64,000 nucleotides of DNA from Octopus bimaculoides (Eukaryota), in the NCBI RefSeq assembly GCF_001194135.2, contig NC_068990.1, forward strand, positions 79,580,415-79,644,414, in the 5' to 3' direction. Made by a program: the position numbers and the translations under genes. Positions 35,063 to 48,300 of this stretch are shown piece after piece (the stretch's first letter is position 1; every line of letters begins with the position of its first letter). A model generated the notes under the pieces. It was not told the DNA's origin, made no database searches, and saw only the letters and a program-made list of their open reading frames with translations.

Positions 35063-35459
35063 AAGAGAAGACAACAAACATGAAGAATGAGAGAAGGAAG
35101 AAGAGATGAAAGTGAATCGAGGAGAGCAGGTTTGTTTATTCTCTTTGTAATGGCAGTTCTAGAGATTTAAATGTTATATCTTTGTTTTTTGTTTTTTTTT
35201 TAACACCAACAATGTTGACTTGAAAACCAATCTTAAAATACAATATTATTATTGAAAATAGAAATAAATATAAAATAAAAACAATCGGATAACAAAACCA
35301 GTGGAATCAGAGATTTGGAGGAAAAGAAAAAAAAAATTGTGATGGTTGTATTGTTTATTCCCACCACCACCACCATCACCTGGGCATTTTGCAGTATAAT
35401 AGGTACAGTGGTTTTTGACCCCTCAAGAATTTACCATCACATTATTCAGAATAATAATT

Positions 35460-38400
35460 ATTTCAAATTTTGGCACGAAAGCCAGCAATTTTAGGGGTAG
35501 GGAGTTAGTTGATTCCATCAACCCCAGTAGTTAACTGGTACTTATTTTATCACTCCTCAAACGGATGAAAGGCAAAGTTGACCTCAGCAGGATTTGAACT
35601 CCGAATGTAAACAGTTGGAAGAAATATAATTAAGCATTTTGTCCAGTATGCTAACGATTCTGCCAATTTACTTTGATAATAATAATTTCTTACAATATAC
35701 ATGCAGCTTCAAAATTGACAAATTACGTGAAGTTGTAATGTGCATGCTTCCCCCAGGGGCATCTGATGGTTGGTTCCAATTCGGAACCAAAACCAACCAA
35801 AAGAAAACTTTTCTACAAATTTATTGATGGGCAGTAAATGAGCAGAAATCTTCATAAAATGCTGAACTGAAATGTCTGCGAGTCTTTAGTCTCATCAGTC
35901 TGTGATTGACAAAATAAGCACCAGTAATGGACCAGAAGTTAACTCAACTATATTTCCTACTCAGCAAAATTTAGCCCTATACCTTCATCAGCAACAACTA
36001 ATTAATTAATTATACTAATTAATTAATTATACCTTTCATAGGTATTAATTAACCAATTTTTGAAATTGAATCTGTGGCAAATTCTGCAATATTTTCATTC
36101 TCAAAGACAACAATATAAAAGAAACAGAATTGAAATGAAATTAGAATTTCTTTCTAAAACACAACAAACAATATAATCAGTGAAATTAATGTTTTCAGTA
36201 TATAACTGGTACTTCATCGACCTTGGAAATATGAAAGACAATGTCCCCTCGTGGCAAGATTGGAATTTGATATATTGAAACTCTGAGCTAGATACAGTTC
36301 AGATACCTCCCAACTCTCTTAACCCCTAAATAATAATAATAGTTTCAAATTTTGACAAAAGGGCAGTAATTTTGGGGGTGGGGATGAGTTGATTACATCG
36401 ACCCCCAGTGTTCAACTGGTACTTATTTTATCGCCCCACGAGAGGATGAAAGGCAAAGTTGACCTTGGCGGAATTTGAACTTAGAACATAGTGACAAGCA
36501 AAACACTGCTAAGTATTTCACCCGGTGTGCTAACGATTCTGCCAACTTGCTGCCTTGATGATAATAATAGTAATCCTTTCTATTATAGGCACAAGGCCTG
36601 AAATTTTTGGAGATGGGATAAGTCAATCACATCGACTCCAGTACTTGATTACTAGTTAATTTATCGACCCTGAAAAAATAAATGGCAAAGTCAACCTCGG
36701 TGGAATTTGAACTCGGAACGTATCGACATGAAATACCACTAAGCACTTCGCCGGACATGCTAATGATTCTGCCATCTCACCGCCCTAAAAAAAAATATTA
36801 ATAATAACAACAACGATTACTTACATTGGCACGAGTTTACAAAGTAGAGTCAACTGTGAAGTGACTTAAGTGAGTGGCAAATTTCAATGGCCCCTATCAC
36901 AAATTGAACTCAGAATGTGGAAAAACCTCAACTTTTTACTCTTAAGTATTTAATCCAGCGCTTTAACTGTTTCTGCCACTTGCAGCCCTAATAATAATAA
37001 TTATTTTTTTTTTTTTAATATTGGCACAAAAGGAGGGTGTAAAGTGACTTGGACCGACTCCAGTACATGGCTAGTATTTATACCGTCAACCCCCACCTCA
37101 GAAGGATGAAAGGCAAATCAACTCTGGCAGGATTTGAACTCAAAATAATTATTGGAATGTATTTAGATATCAGAAAGCATTTAGCTTGGCACATTGTTGT
37201 TTCTTCCATTCCATTGCTCTAATAATGGTAAAGATTTCAGACATAGGCACAAAGCCATGCATTCTTTTAGGAAGGGAGGGAAGAATACTGTCTAGAAAAT
37301 TTACTCCAGTATTTGACTGGTATTATGGACTTCAGTGGGATTCAAACTCAGAACATAAAGAAATGGATGTGACTAAGGCTCAGCATTTTGTCTACTGATC
37401 CATGACCTAACAATAATTATTCCTAATTCAGGCGCACAAGGCCAGCAATTTTGAAGACGGTTGGTTATTCTTGGTCAATTACTTCAATCTCAGTATGGCT
37501 TGTATTTCATTTTACAGACTTCAGAAGGTTGAAAGGCAAAGCTGATATAAGTGAAATTTGAACACTGGATGGAAAAAGAACAAATAACTGTTCTTTGCTG
37601 ATTGTTATTCCATTGCCATAATAATAATAATAATAATAATGGTTTCAAATTTTGGCACATGCCAGTAATTTCAGGCAAGGGTTTAAGTCAGTTACATCGA
37701 CCCCAGTGCACGACTGGTACTTATTTTATCGACCCTGAAAGGATAAAAGGCAAAGTTGACCTTGGCAGAATTTGAACTCAGAATGAGAGAATGGATGAAA
37801 TGCCACTAAGCATTTTGCTCAGCATGCCAAGGATTCTGCCAGCTTTTGCTGCCTTGATTAATAACAACAATGGTAAGTTGTTGCATATGTATAAAGCCCC
37901 AGGCTTGAAACAAAAAGGAAAAATGTGAAGTGGTGGGTTTTATGTCTTTCCCTTGAGCCTTAGAAAAGACTCCAATTGGCAGAGTGATTCTGACAAGAAC
38001 ACACTGCCAACAACAACACGACCATAATGGCACATGGCCACAGTCGATTGATTCCACCTCATTCTATGACTAGTATTCATTTCATTGAGCCTGGTGGAAG
38101 CGGGGAGTGAATTTTAGCCGCAGCAGAATTTGAACTCAGAATATAGAGGGACGGAACAAAATAATAAAAGAATTTTAATCTACAACTCAACCATTTCCAT
38201 CACTTCACCACTTTTCAAAGAAAAGAATTTTTAGCTTGGATACGAACGTGGGGGAGTGGGGGTGTAAGCTTTGAAATTAAACCCCAATAATTTTATTAGT
38301 ATTTTATCAACCCTGAAAAGATGAAAGGCAAAGTTGACCCCTTCCAGCAGAATATTCTGACCTGAGAACGTAAAGAGCCTTAAAGAGAGGCTGCAATATA

Positions 38401-38890
38401 CAGTGTCCTCCATTCTATACCAACCTTCTAAAAATCTTCAGTATCAATTATTATAATCCTTTCTATTCTAGGCAGAAAGCCAGTAATTTCATGGGAGGTG
38501 GTGGGGGAGAAGGGAATCAATCACATCGAACCCCTTGTTTGATTGCTATTTATTTTATCAACCCCAAAAGGATGAAAGATAAAGTCAGCTTCAATGGCAT
38601 TTGAACTCAGAATATAATGCTGACTGCAATGCCGCCAAGCATTTTGTCCAGTGTGCTAACAATTCTGCTAGCTCACTGCCCTAATAATAATAATAGTTTC
38701 AAATTTTGGCACAAGGCCAGCAATTTTAGCAAGGGGTCAAGTTGATTATATCAACCCCCAGTGCACAACTGGTACTTATTTTATCGACCCTGAAAGGATG
38801 AAACACAAAGTTGACCTCTGCAGAATTTGAACTGACGAAATGCCACTAAGTATTTTGACTGGCATGCTAACCATTCTGCCAGCTCACCAT
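35460..38890 (-). mobile_element. Head-to-tail array of about 12 tRNA-derived family B SINEs separated by (AAT)n
   Basis: Reverse B box atttgaact recurs at about 35592, 36473, 36705, 36903, 37132, 37341, 37556, 37769, 38127, 38350, 38599 and 38823, all in one orientation. Confidence 0.85.
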
Positions 38891-39298
38891 TTCATCACTA
38901 ATAATAATAACATTAATTTCTTACATAGAAAAAAAAACCCATCAAAATATAATACTTATAATACTCAGAGATTCTTGTTGATAGCAGTCAAGTTTTTGTT
39001 GTTGTTTGTAACCTCGAAAAGATAAAACTTTAATTATGTATGTGTGTTTCTTCATTTGATTTCAGCACAAAAACTTCTCTGACAGAAAAATCAGGTTAGT
39101 AATAATAATCACCATTATTAACATGATTGCTTTGAAATATTTTTTAAAAAAATTTCTATATTACTGATTTATTTTACAAATTTGTAGAAAGGATCAAACG
39201 GAATCAATACCAGAACATGCCTCATATTTGTTTTGTTGTCCCCAGAGGGATGGTTGATAGCATCTAGATTTGAATCCTAGATAGGCCAACACTAAATA

Positions 39299-39850
39299 TG
39301 AGGGTGAGTCAAAAAGTAATGCCATTTTGTTTAGGACAGGTATAATTACCAACACAGGAACATGTATCATGCATCAAAATGAAGCTGCTCCTCTGTGGAT
39401 CACATCCCTTCTCAACATGATTGCTTTCTGATTCTCTCAATAGCAATGTTTCACCTTCGAATGAGAGCATGTATCCCTGCCCCGTAAAATTCTGTTGACT
39501 GTTCTTTGAGCTACCTCTTCACTACAGTTTTCACTTCCTCATCACTGGAATAATGTTTGCCTTTCAAACCCTCTTTCATGGGACTGAAGGCGCTAAATAT
39601 TCCAGTGACAAGGAAGTGAAAACTGTAGTGAAGAAGTGGCTCAAAGAACAGTCAACAGAATTTTACGGGGCAGGGATACATGCTCTCATTCGAAGGTAGA
39701 ACATTGCTATTGAGAGAAACGGTGACTATGTTAAGAAGTAGGGATGTGATCCAGAGAGGACCAACTTCATTTTGATGTATGATACATGTTCCTGTGTTGG
39801 TAATTATACCGGTCCTAAACAAAATGGCATTACTTTTTGACTCACCCTCG
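39299..39850. mobile_element. Mariner-derived fold-back MITE with ~255-bp arms
   Basis: TA|(C/T)GAGGGTGAGTCAAAAAG..CTTTTTGACTCACCCTCG|TA; each arm encodes the mariner C-terminus (YSSDKEVKTVVKKWLKEQSTEFY..GIHALIRR..IERNGDYV). Confidence 0.9.
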
Positions 39851-40544
39851 TACTGTTTTAAAGACCTTACTGCTATTGATAAAATAATCCTTTTGTAATT
39901 ATCGGAGGAAGAATACATCAGATCTTTAGTTCTTAGACTCTATCAGTACACTTTCTTCATATATACACACATTGATTAATATGGTGTATTTGTGTATCAC
40001 AATTGGCAACATGGTGGCATTACTATTGGTTACAGTTTTCCAATGGCCCAGTCACAGGTTCACTGCAATTCTGATAGTGACTCTGAAAGGGCAGTGTCTG
40101 TAAATGCATATAAATACAAACATGTACATTATAGACATCCAGCACCAGTAGAAGTGAAATGCCACAGAAGGTTTTATGCATGCATTATCTTCATTTAAAT
40201 TTCTTTGAGATTCGTTTTTCCCCATTTATATATTTCATAGACATTGATCATTGCCCCAAACTACTTTCTGTTGAGCACTCTCTGTTAATAAATCTATTGA
40301 TTAGATGAATTAAGATGTGCCTTGTGAGATTCATGAACTTAATAGCCAAACACAATGGGGGCTGCACAAATTTTATCTCTTTTATTTCCCATATTGGTCT
40401 CCCAGAGAATTCATCAACCCGGAACTAAAGACACTTGCTCAGTGCCATGCAGCAGGATTGAAACTGGAACCACAACGTTGCACACTGAACTTTTTAACCA
40501 TATAACATATACACACGTGTGTTTATATGTATTTAATAATAATT

Positions 40545-41680
40545 AGTTTCAAATTTTGGCACACGGGCAGAATTTTGAGGCGGTGTGGAGTCAATTCCAT
40601 CGACCCAAGTACATGACAGGTATTTATTTCATTGACTTCAGCAACACTTTGTCCAACATGCTAATAATTCTGCCAACTCAACACCTTCATAATTATAACA
40701 ATAATCTTTTCTACTATAGGCACAAGGCCTGAAATTTGCTGGTCAATTACGTCGACCCCAGTCCTGGAATGGTAGATATTTCATCAACCCTAGAAGGATG
40801 TCAGGCAAAGTTGAGCTCAGAAGAAATGTTGCTAAGCCTTTTGTGTGGAGTAATAAAGATTCTGCCAGCTTGCTACCTTAATTTAATAATAATAATACAT
40901 GTATATTCAACACCAAGATAAGTAAAGATTGTTTGCCAACATAACATGGCAGTCCTGGTTTAGGACGAATGTTGCTGTAATTTAGCCCCAGGAGACATCA
41001 TCTCCAGCTGGCTATACAACACGATCTGTGTCCTTATATTTTCGAACAAGGGAATCTAGCACCCCCCCACTCAGCTCAAAACAACATCTGTATATCGTGT
41101 CATATAGCCAGCTGGAAACTATGTCTCCTGGGGTTAAATTACAGCAACATTCGTCCTAAACCAGGACTGCCATGTTATGTTGGCAAACAATCTTTACTAC
41201 AAAGTCCTGTTGCTGAATATCTCTCGTTGTGAGATTTACAAATAGTAATTTTCTAACCAAGATAAGTGTACAAAAAAAAAATAGATTCTCCCCCCCCACC
41301 CCCCACCCGTAAATAAGTGGCTTTCATGACACCACATATTTTAGTAGCTGAGAACTAGTATTCTATTTCGCTCACTTTCTCTCACTCCCAGGCTACAAAA
41401 GCCTAGCAGACAATTGTATAAAACCAACAATAAAAATAACAATAATCCTTCCTAGTACAGGCACAAAACCTGAAATTTTGAGGGGAGGGGGTCTTGTCGA
41501 TTACATCGACCCCCAGTGCACAACTGATACAAGGTCAATAAAATTTATTGACCTTGAAAGGATGAAAGGCCAAGTTGACCTCAACAGAATTTGAACTAAG
41601 AACGTGAACACAGACAAAATGCTAAAATGCTGCTGAGCATTTTTGTCCAGTGTGCCAACGATTCTGTCAGCTCACCACCT
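40545..41680 (-). mobile_element. Additional family B SINE copies (about 40545, 40705 and 41445)
   Basis: Same tttcaaattttggcac..caactggtac..ctgccagctc sequence; more at about 43530, 49195, 49485 and 56140, and in the opposite orientation at about 22745, 24535, 26935 and 63440. Confidence 0.75.
40921..41198. mobile_element. Palindromic MITE-like element with ~105-bp arms
   Basis: Outer 64 bp are exact reverse complements; inner ~40 bp are imperfect; spacer about 60 bp. Confidence 0.8.
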
Positions 41681-43808
41681 GACATATAATCATGATAATA
41701 ATAATTATGTATAAGTGGCTGCATATGTGTTTCTCTTAATACTGAGAAAGTGATACACACTTTCACGTGTCTATATGGCTGTGTGCACCCACCAATGTAT
41801 GGATGTATATAAATACATGTGCACACAATATCTGTATGTGTGAACACATAAATATCTCAGCGTATGCATGCACCAATGAATCTATGTGGGTGTGCAAATA
41901 CAAACCCCCTAGCTCTATTAAACAATCATGTGACCAACACCCCAGTGGAACTCAGTGTAGATTATTTCAACATTTATCAAGACAACCTAACTTTCCAACC
42001 CCCCCCCACAACATCTTTCCTTTACCCCCACCCCCTCAATCTGAGCCAATGTTAGTGTTAGGAAAGCATAGAAATACTAATTGGGACTAGTCAGACTCAG
42101 TTCCAGGAATGGGAAGCGTTACTACAACGACCCAGAGTGGGAAATCCCAGGGTGTCAACAATTCAACCTTTGTGCCTGGAGTATAAAAAGCAAGAATTTG
42201 AAACAAGTTTCTCATCACTTGGACGAGAGAAAGAAAAACAAAAAAAAAGTTGATCAAAGTTTTTTTTTTTTTTTTAACAATGATTAGGGTACATGTTGAT
42301 TCTGTTTGTTTGTTTTGTTTTTTTGGACAAAGGGTCATAAATGTCCAGTTTCAAAATATGACCAAGATATATGAAGCAGAAATAATGATTTAAAACCCAA
42401 ACGTGGGTTGGACCTAACCATAAATAGCACCAGACCTTCTAGAGCCTAAACATTAATAAAATCTATTAAAACAAAAATAGATTTGCAGGACATGAGAGAA
42501 GAATATGGAACAAATCTCCAAGACAGGGAGATAATAACAGAAAACAGGATACCAGTGATTCCCAAGGGTGTGACCTAATGTCTTGTTGTTGGTCTGAGGT
42601 AATTCGACATTACAACATGACGGGAGTACATTCCTGGACTTCAACAACAGCAGTGTTGGTCTGTGGGTGTTTCACCAGAAACAGAAGCAAGTTGGTAGTT
42701 ATTTGCTGCCAGATATGAAACAACCAGCACCAGAATGGTACAAGAAATGACTGACATTTGGGGATAGTTTCTTTGTAATATAACAAGAATTTAACAAATT
42801 CTAGGGATGCCATGTAACATAACGACATGATATACTAAATACATATATAAGATATATTAAACAACATGATACTACATAGTCTCCAGATGTGTTAATAATA
42901 CAGCACCATAAACATGGTGAAGCAACACACAATGACATACACAATGACATTCCTGTAACATGACACTCTGGTTTGGGGGGGGGGGGTCCCCACCACCTCC
43001 TCGTGTAAAGACAACACAATCTCACAAAATGGTGACATAAAATGTTCCTAGAAGTGATCTAACATATTGCAGTGTCACCATGATAGGACAACCAGGATGT
43101 GAAAACAAATTCAAAAGGAGACACACCTTGGCAGGTACACACAAACGGAGAAGCTCTATTTGTAATAATAATAATATGATTAATGGCAGTCATTTAGTAT
43201 GTAAAAAAAAAACAAAAAAAATTTAAACGTGTCCCAGTTAAGTCTCATTCACACACACTATTTATATATGAACCTTTAATTTTGTAACAGACACTAAATG
43301 TGACACTGAAGAGGCCATCTGACCAACACTGCTAAATTTCTGGCAGTGTTAATACGATTCAGACATCTGTATAAAAAGAACAAACTGATGAGTCAACACA
43401 ATAGAAACATCCGTTAAGCAAATATGTAGAATCAAATGGATGTTTGCATGGATTCAGTGACCAGCACATGGTTGTCCAGTCAGAGAAACAGCACAAAAAC
43501 AAAAAAAGTTTGAAACTATTAAAATAATAGCTTTGGCACAAGGCCAGTAATTTGAAGGGAGGGGTTAAGTCGATTACATCGACCCCAGTGCTCAACTGGT
43601 ACTTAGTTTATTAACCTTGAAAGGCAAAGTTGACCTCGGCAGAATTTGAACTCAGAACGTAAAGATGGACGAAATACCACTAAGCATTTTGCCTGGCATG
43701 CTAATAGTTCTGCCAACTCACCATCTTTAATAATATTATTATTATTTAACAATAACATAATTCTTAATTGCTCTTGAACACCACTATATATGTGTTTGTA
43801 TGTATGTG

Positions 43809-43850
<42 letters not shown>

Positions 43851-44544
43851 AGTGTATATATATATATATATAAACACACACGAATATAGGACAGACAGGA
43901 GACGATGGAGGTGCGTGTGTGTGTGTGTGTGACTGAATGAGTGAGAGAGGGGATTGTGATTAAACTTTGGATTTAAAAAAAACAATTCCAAATTAATTTT
44001 TTTTAAAATTTAAGTAAAAGAAAAGATAAGCTAGCGATAAGCTGTAGGAAAAAATAGAAAATGAAATATCAAGTGGTGGGGGGAATACTGTTAAACATCA
44101 GAATCTATGGTCCCAGGACCGGGAGTAGGGGTCACAGAATCTGGAACGAAAGGAGAGAGAATTTCTGTATCTCACTCACTCATTCATTGTTTCTAGTTCT
44201 TTCTCCACTCATCACAAGCCACACTCTCACTCTACGAGTTATCCAATGTATACTTTATATACATCATATGTGTGAGTGTGAATGAGGGGGAGAGAAAGAG
44301 AGAGAGTAAGAGACAACTTAGAAGCTGTATGTTTAAGACTGAGATGATAAAAAATAGTTGTTTTATCTTCTCTGCTTCAACACTTATCGACATCCTCCTG
44401 TGATTTGTCATCACCATCACTCAGCAATAGGATTTATTATCCTTTGTCAAGCAACATCTTTATAAACCATTAAATAGTCTTTTGCAAAACAGATGAATAG
44501 ATGAATGAAAGAGAGAGAGAGAGTGCGTGTGTGTGTGTGTGCGC

Positions 44545-44588
<44 letters not shown>

Positions 44589-44766
44589 CTTTGGGTGTAT
44601 GTGTGTGGCGGTTTATGATGCATGCTTGAATGTATAACATTTATATATATAATGTTTATCTATGTATATATGTGTCTGTGTGTATGTATGTATATATATA
44701 TATATATCTTTTGTCTATTAAACTGTTGTATACACACCACAACAAATGTGCAACTGTCCTTATTGC

Positions 44767-45300
44767 TCAACAACCATCCTTACAACTGACCACGGCCCCT
44801 ATTATTATCCATAGAACAATCCCAACAACAAAACTAATATAGACAAACCATACAGCGAGTTTACCGTCTCGTTGCATGAGACCATACAGTCCTTTCGACT
44901 GATGTTTCAGTGTCTTCTGTACGTAGTGATACGCTACAATTGCTGTGGGGAAAAAGAACACAAAGCTGATGCAGGATGCAATCAAAACCCATTGCAAGTG
45001 TTTCCAGGGTCGTGGCAACATCTCGGCAGAAGGTACACGCCGCACCATATGGGGTACTGAAACTGTTGTCTCTCTGTAAGGATTGTCTGTTGTGTTCATA
45101 AAAACTGGTTCTATGGAAAATGCCCTCATATCTTCGGGACCGCTACCAGATGGCGTGTGTTGGTCGATGAGTGATGTCACATCAACGGACATGGCACCAT
45201 TGTGTGCATTTAAGTCGGCAGCAAAATCACTGTCCTCATGAATCTCCTTGTGCAGGGGCTGCCTCTCACTGGAATGGTTGCCATTGTCACCAGACGACAT
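44767..45300 (-). CDS. CD225/dispanin family membrane protein (IFITM/PRRT/TUSC5-like), 177 aa, single coding exon
   Basis: Low-complexity N-terminus, then P..L..LIASCISFVFFFPTAIVAY..QK....G......A....ISFVVGIVLWIII, which follows the CD225 two-hydrophobic-segment layout. An in-frame TGA upstream supports this ATG; strong acceptor ttttcattttcttttttcag at 45350-45351. Confidence 0.8.
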   Translation of the reverse strand: MSSGDNGNHSSERQPLHKEIHEDSDFAADLNAHNGAMSVDVTSLIDQHTPSGSGPEDMRAFSIEPVFMNTTDNPYRETTVSVPHMVRRVPSAEMLPRPWKHLQWVLIASCISFVFFFPTAIVAYHYVQKTLKHQSKGLYGLMQRDGKLAVWFVYISFVVGIVLWIIIGAVVSCKDGC

Positions 45301-48300
45301 GTTTCTAGCAAGAGGTGTGTCTCACTTACAGATGAAATACTCGAGGCCACTGAAAAAAGAAAATGAAAACATACTTTCAGCAATTTACAACACAGAAGAC
45401 AACTAAACATAGAAATATACAAAGAGAAATTTTAATTTGCAAGTTTTTATCAACCAAAACAATCTTCAGGACCAATTTCTTGAATATTTTGCCAGTACCG
45501 CCTGACTGGCCTTTGTGCTGCTGGCACGTAAAAGCACCCACTACACTCTCTGAATGGTTGGTGTTAGGGATGGCATCCAGCTGTAGAAACTCTGCCAAAT
45601 CAGATTGGAGCCTGGTGTAGCCATCTGGTTCACCAGTCCTCAGTCAAATCGTCCAACCCATGCTAGCATGGAAAGCGGACGTTAAACGATGATGATGATG
45701 ATTACATACAAACCCTCTCTTAGCTACGGTGCAAACTTAAATAATCTCATTTTCCCTCTACAATAAAGAACTGAATGGCTCCACTTTCCACATCTTTTTA
45801 GTGCAATCCTACTTCCAACATATATTTCAACAAGCTGTTTATCTGAATGCTTGTTGTTAATCGTTCCTAACCATAAAATCAGAAATAATATTCTGTTATC
45901 TCAAGTAATTGTCAGAGACACATTAAGAAATTTGAACCAGTATCTTATCAGCCTTCTTATGGTGGGCAACTTTCACAGAATTCAAAGACAAAACTGTATG
46001 TTAAACAACTATTTATATAGTCTTCCTCAATATCCTACTTTTTGAAGCAGACAGACGTAATCAAATCACAATTTAGTTCCATTTTAATGTCAGAGTCAGC
46101 CGTTACAAAAACAATTTCACCAAAGTATTAGGACATGGTATTTAAAAGGAGATTAACCTATTATTAGCAGGTTATGTGATAAGCTTCCTAACTGATTCGT
46201 CTAGACATTTTGTAGTTGTAATTACTGTTGTTGGTATTTTTGAAGCAAACCTGTATCATTCAAACGTTTGAGATCAGCTCAAAAGCTCCAGGATATTGAA
46301 GATGTGGGTCACCAACGGAGTGGATTCAGCCAAAGCTGCTCATCGCTCAGGCCTGACTCAGTTACAGAAGCAGAGATTAACAATTAACATTGCTTTATCT
46401 ATAATAAGTCTCTGCTTAATTATTCACTCACATATTCCTTTTTTGTTTTTATCTTTTACTTGTTTCAGTCATTAGACAGCGGCCATGCTGGGGCACTACC
46501 TTGAAGAATTTTTAGCCAAATAAATCGACCCTAGTACTTTTTTTTTATTTTAAGCCTGGCACTTATTGTATTAGTTTCTTTTGCTGAACCACTAAGTTAC
46601 AGGGACACAAACACACCAACACCAGTTGTCAAGCAGTGGTGGCAGACACACACAACAGGGTTCTTTCAGTTTTTTTTCAACCAAATTCACTCATATTATA
46701 TCAAGATATGCCACAATATTTTCTAACAGGACAGAAGAATCTGTTCCCCATTTCCTCCCCACCCATTATGATCCATGGTTATTTTTGAATTACATATCTA
46801 TAAAGAATCTATCATTTTTGGTATGGCACTCACTCGATGCCTCCTGAATAATGGTACTCATAGGTAGCAGTACATATCAACGCAGTCACTCCCATAGCTC
46901 AGCTTCTCTCCAGTTTATCTGATAACCGTTTTAACAAAACCCCCACCACCAAACTGTGTAATGTGTGTGTGTTAATATCAAAACCTGACAATCTACTAAG
47001 TTTCACCCAGGGCTGTGTTGTTCACAATAGTCATGACTCGCCCAACTCCTGGTGAATCTGAAGAGTAAGCATCAGCTTTTCATATAATAAGCCTGTCTCA
47101 TCCAATGTAGTAAGATTTATATCACAATATCAGATAATGTCTCCAATATATAAAATACAGTGTTTAATAGACTTCACAACTTTTATATTACAATATACAC
47201 ACACACAAACCCATGTGCTGGTGCCACATAAAAAGCACCCAGTACACTCCTGTAAAGAGGTTGGCATTAGGAAGGGCATCCAGCTATAGAAACCATGCCT
47301 AAGCAGACAATTGCAGCCCTCCAGCCTTGCCATCTCCTGTCAAACCATCCAACCCACACCAGCAAGGAAAATGGATGTTGAATGATATAAAGTACACACA
47401 TGCAGAACCACATTAATAGCTTAGGAGTGAAATTTAGCATTTTCCCACCTAGTTTGCACATTATGGCACCACCATTATTATGTTTTCATTATTCTGTGTA
47501 ATGTCCTTTTTTTATTTCAGATTCTTCAGTTTTGGAGTGACCCATGCTAATAGTTTTTGAATGAAAATAGCCCATCTAGACTTTTTTTTCAGGAAATGAA
47601 GGGCAATGATACATATTAAGCATACATTGAGTATATATTTAACAGAAAACCATAATAATATCGTAACATTTCATGTGGATCTGGGTGTATGTGGTGTATT
47701 TATATATGTAAAGTACTTTATTCACCCCAGGCTTAGGCTGGGTACACTGTTTTCTTGCTGGCCTGGTGTCTGAAAGCATTGGTGAACATTGACTGCATAA
47801 AACCAGTCCGAACTTTGTCAGCATTGAAAAGCAGAAATAAAACAACAACAAAGTTGATGTACACACACACACATCATTTCTTTAAGAGTCAATGGGTGGT
47901 CAATCTAAGCATTACAAATTTAAGAAGCCAACATCTTAGGAATTGTAATGTCTGGTTCTGTCTGTTAGTGACAGTTATACCATTGTTAGAAAGATCTTTA
48001 CTTTGGTGGCTACCGTCAAAAAGGAAAAAAAAAAAAAGCCCAAGAAATGGAATTGAAAAGAATCTCTTGAATGCAATTCTTAGAATTAGGTTTTTGACAT
48101 TTCTGCTTTCTTTGATATCACAAACAGTCCAAAGAATATATTTGAAAGCAGACATATATGAGTATGATGATAATTTTCCATCACCAAGCCGAAATTGTTC
48201 AGCCACACCCTCTGCATGGAAAACAATAGTTAAGTTAGTATTCACATGTTTAATGTTGGGACAGTAAAAAAAAGAATAAAATAAAAAAACTAAACATAAT

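Noticed and set aside
35460-38890. CRISPR-like repeat-spacer appearance
   Set aside because: Units are ~200-bp diverged SINEs in a eukaryotic context; there are no cas genes.
43380-43420. CTGATGA..GAAAC hammerhead look-alike
   Set aside because: No stem II or stem I pairing and no GUH opposite GAAAC.
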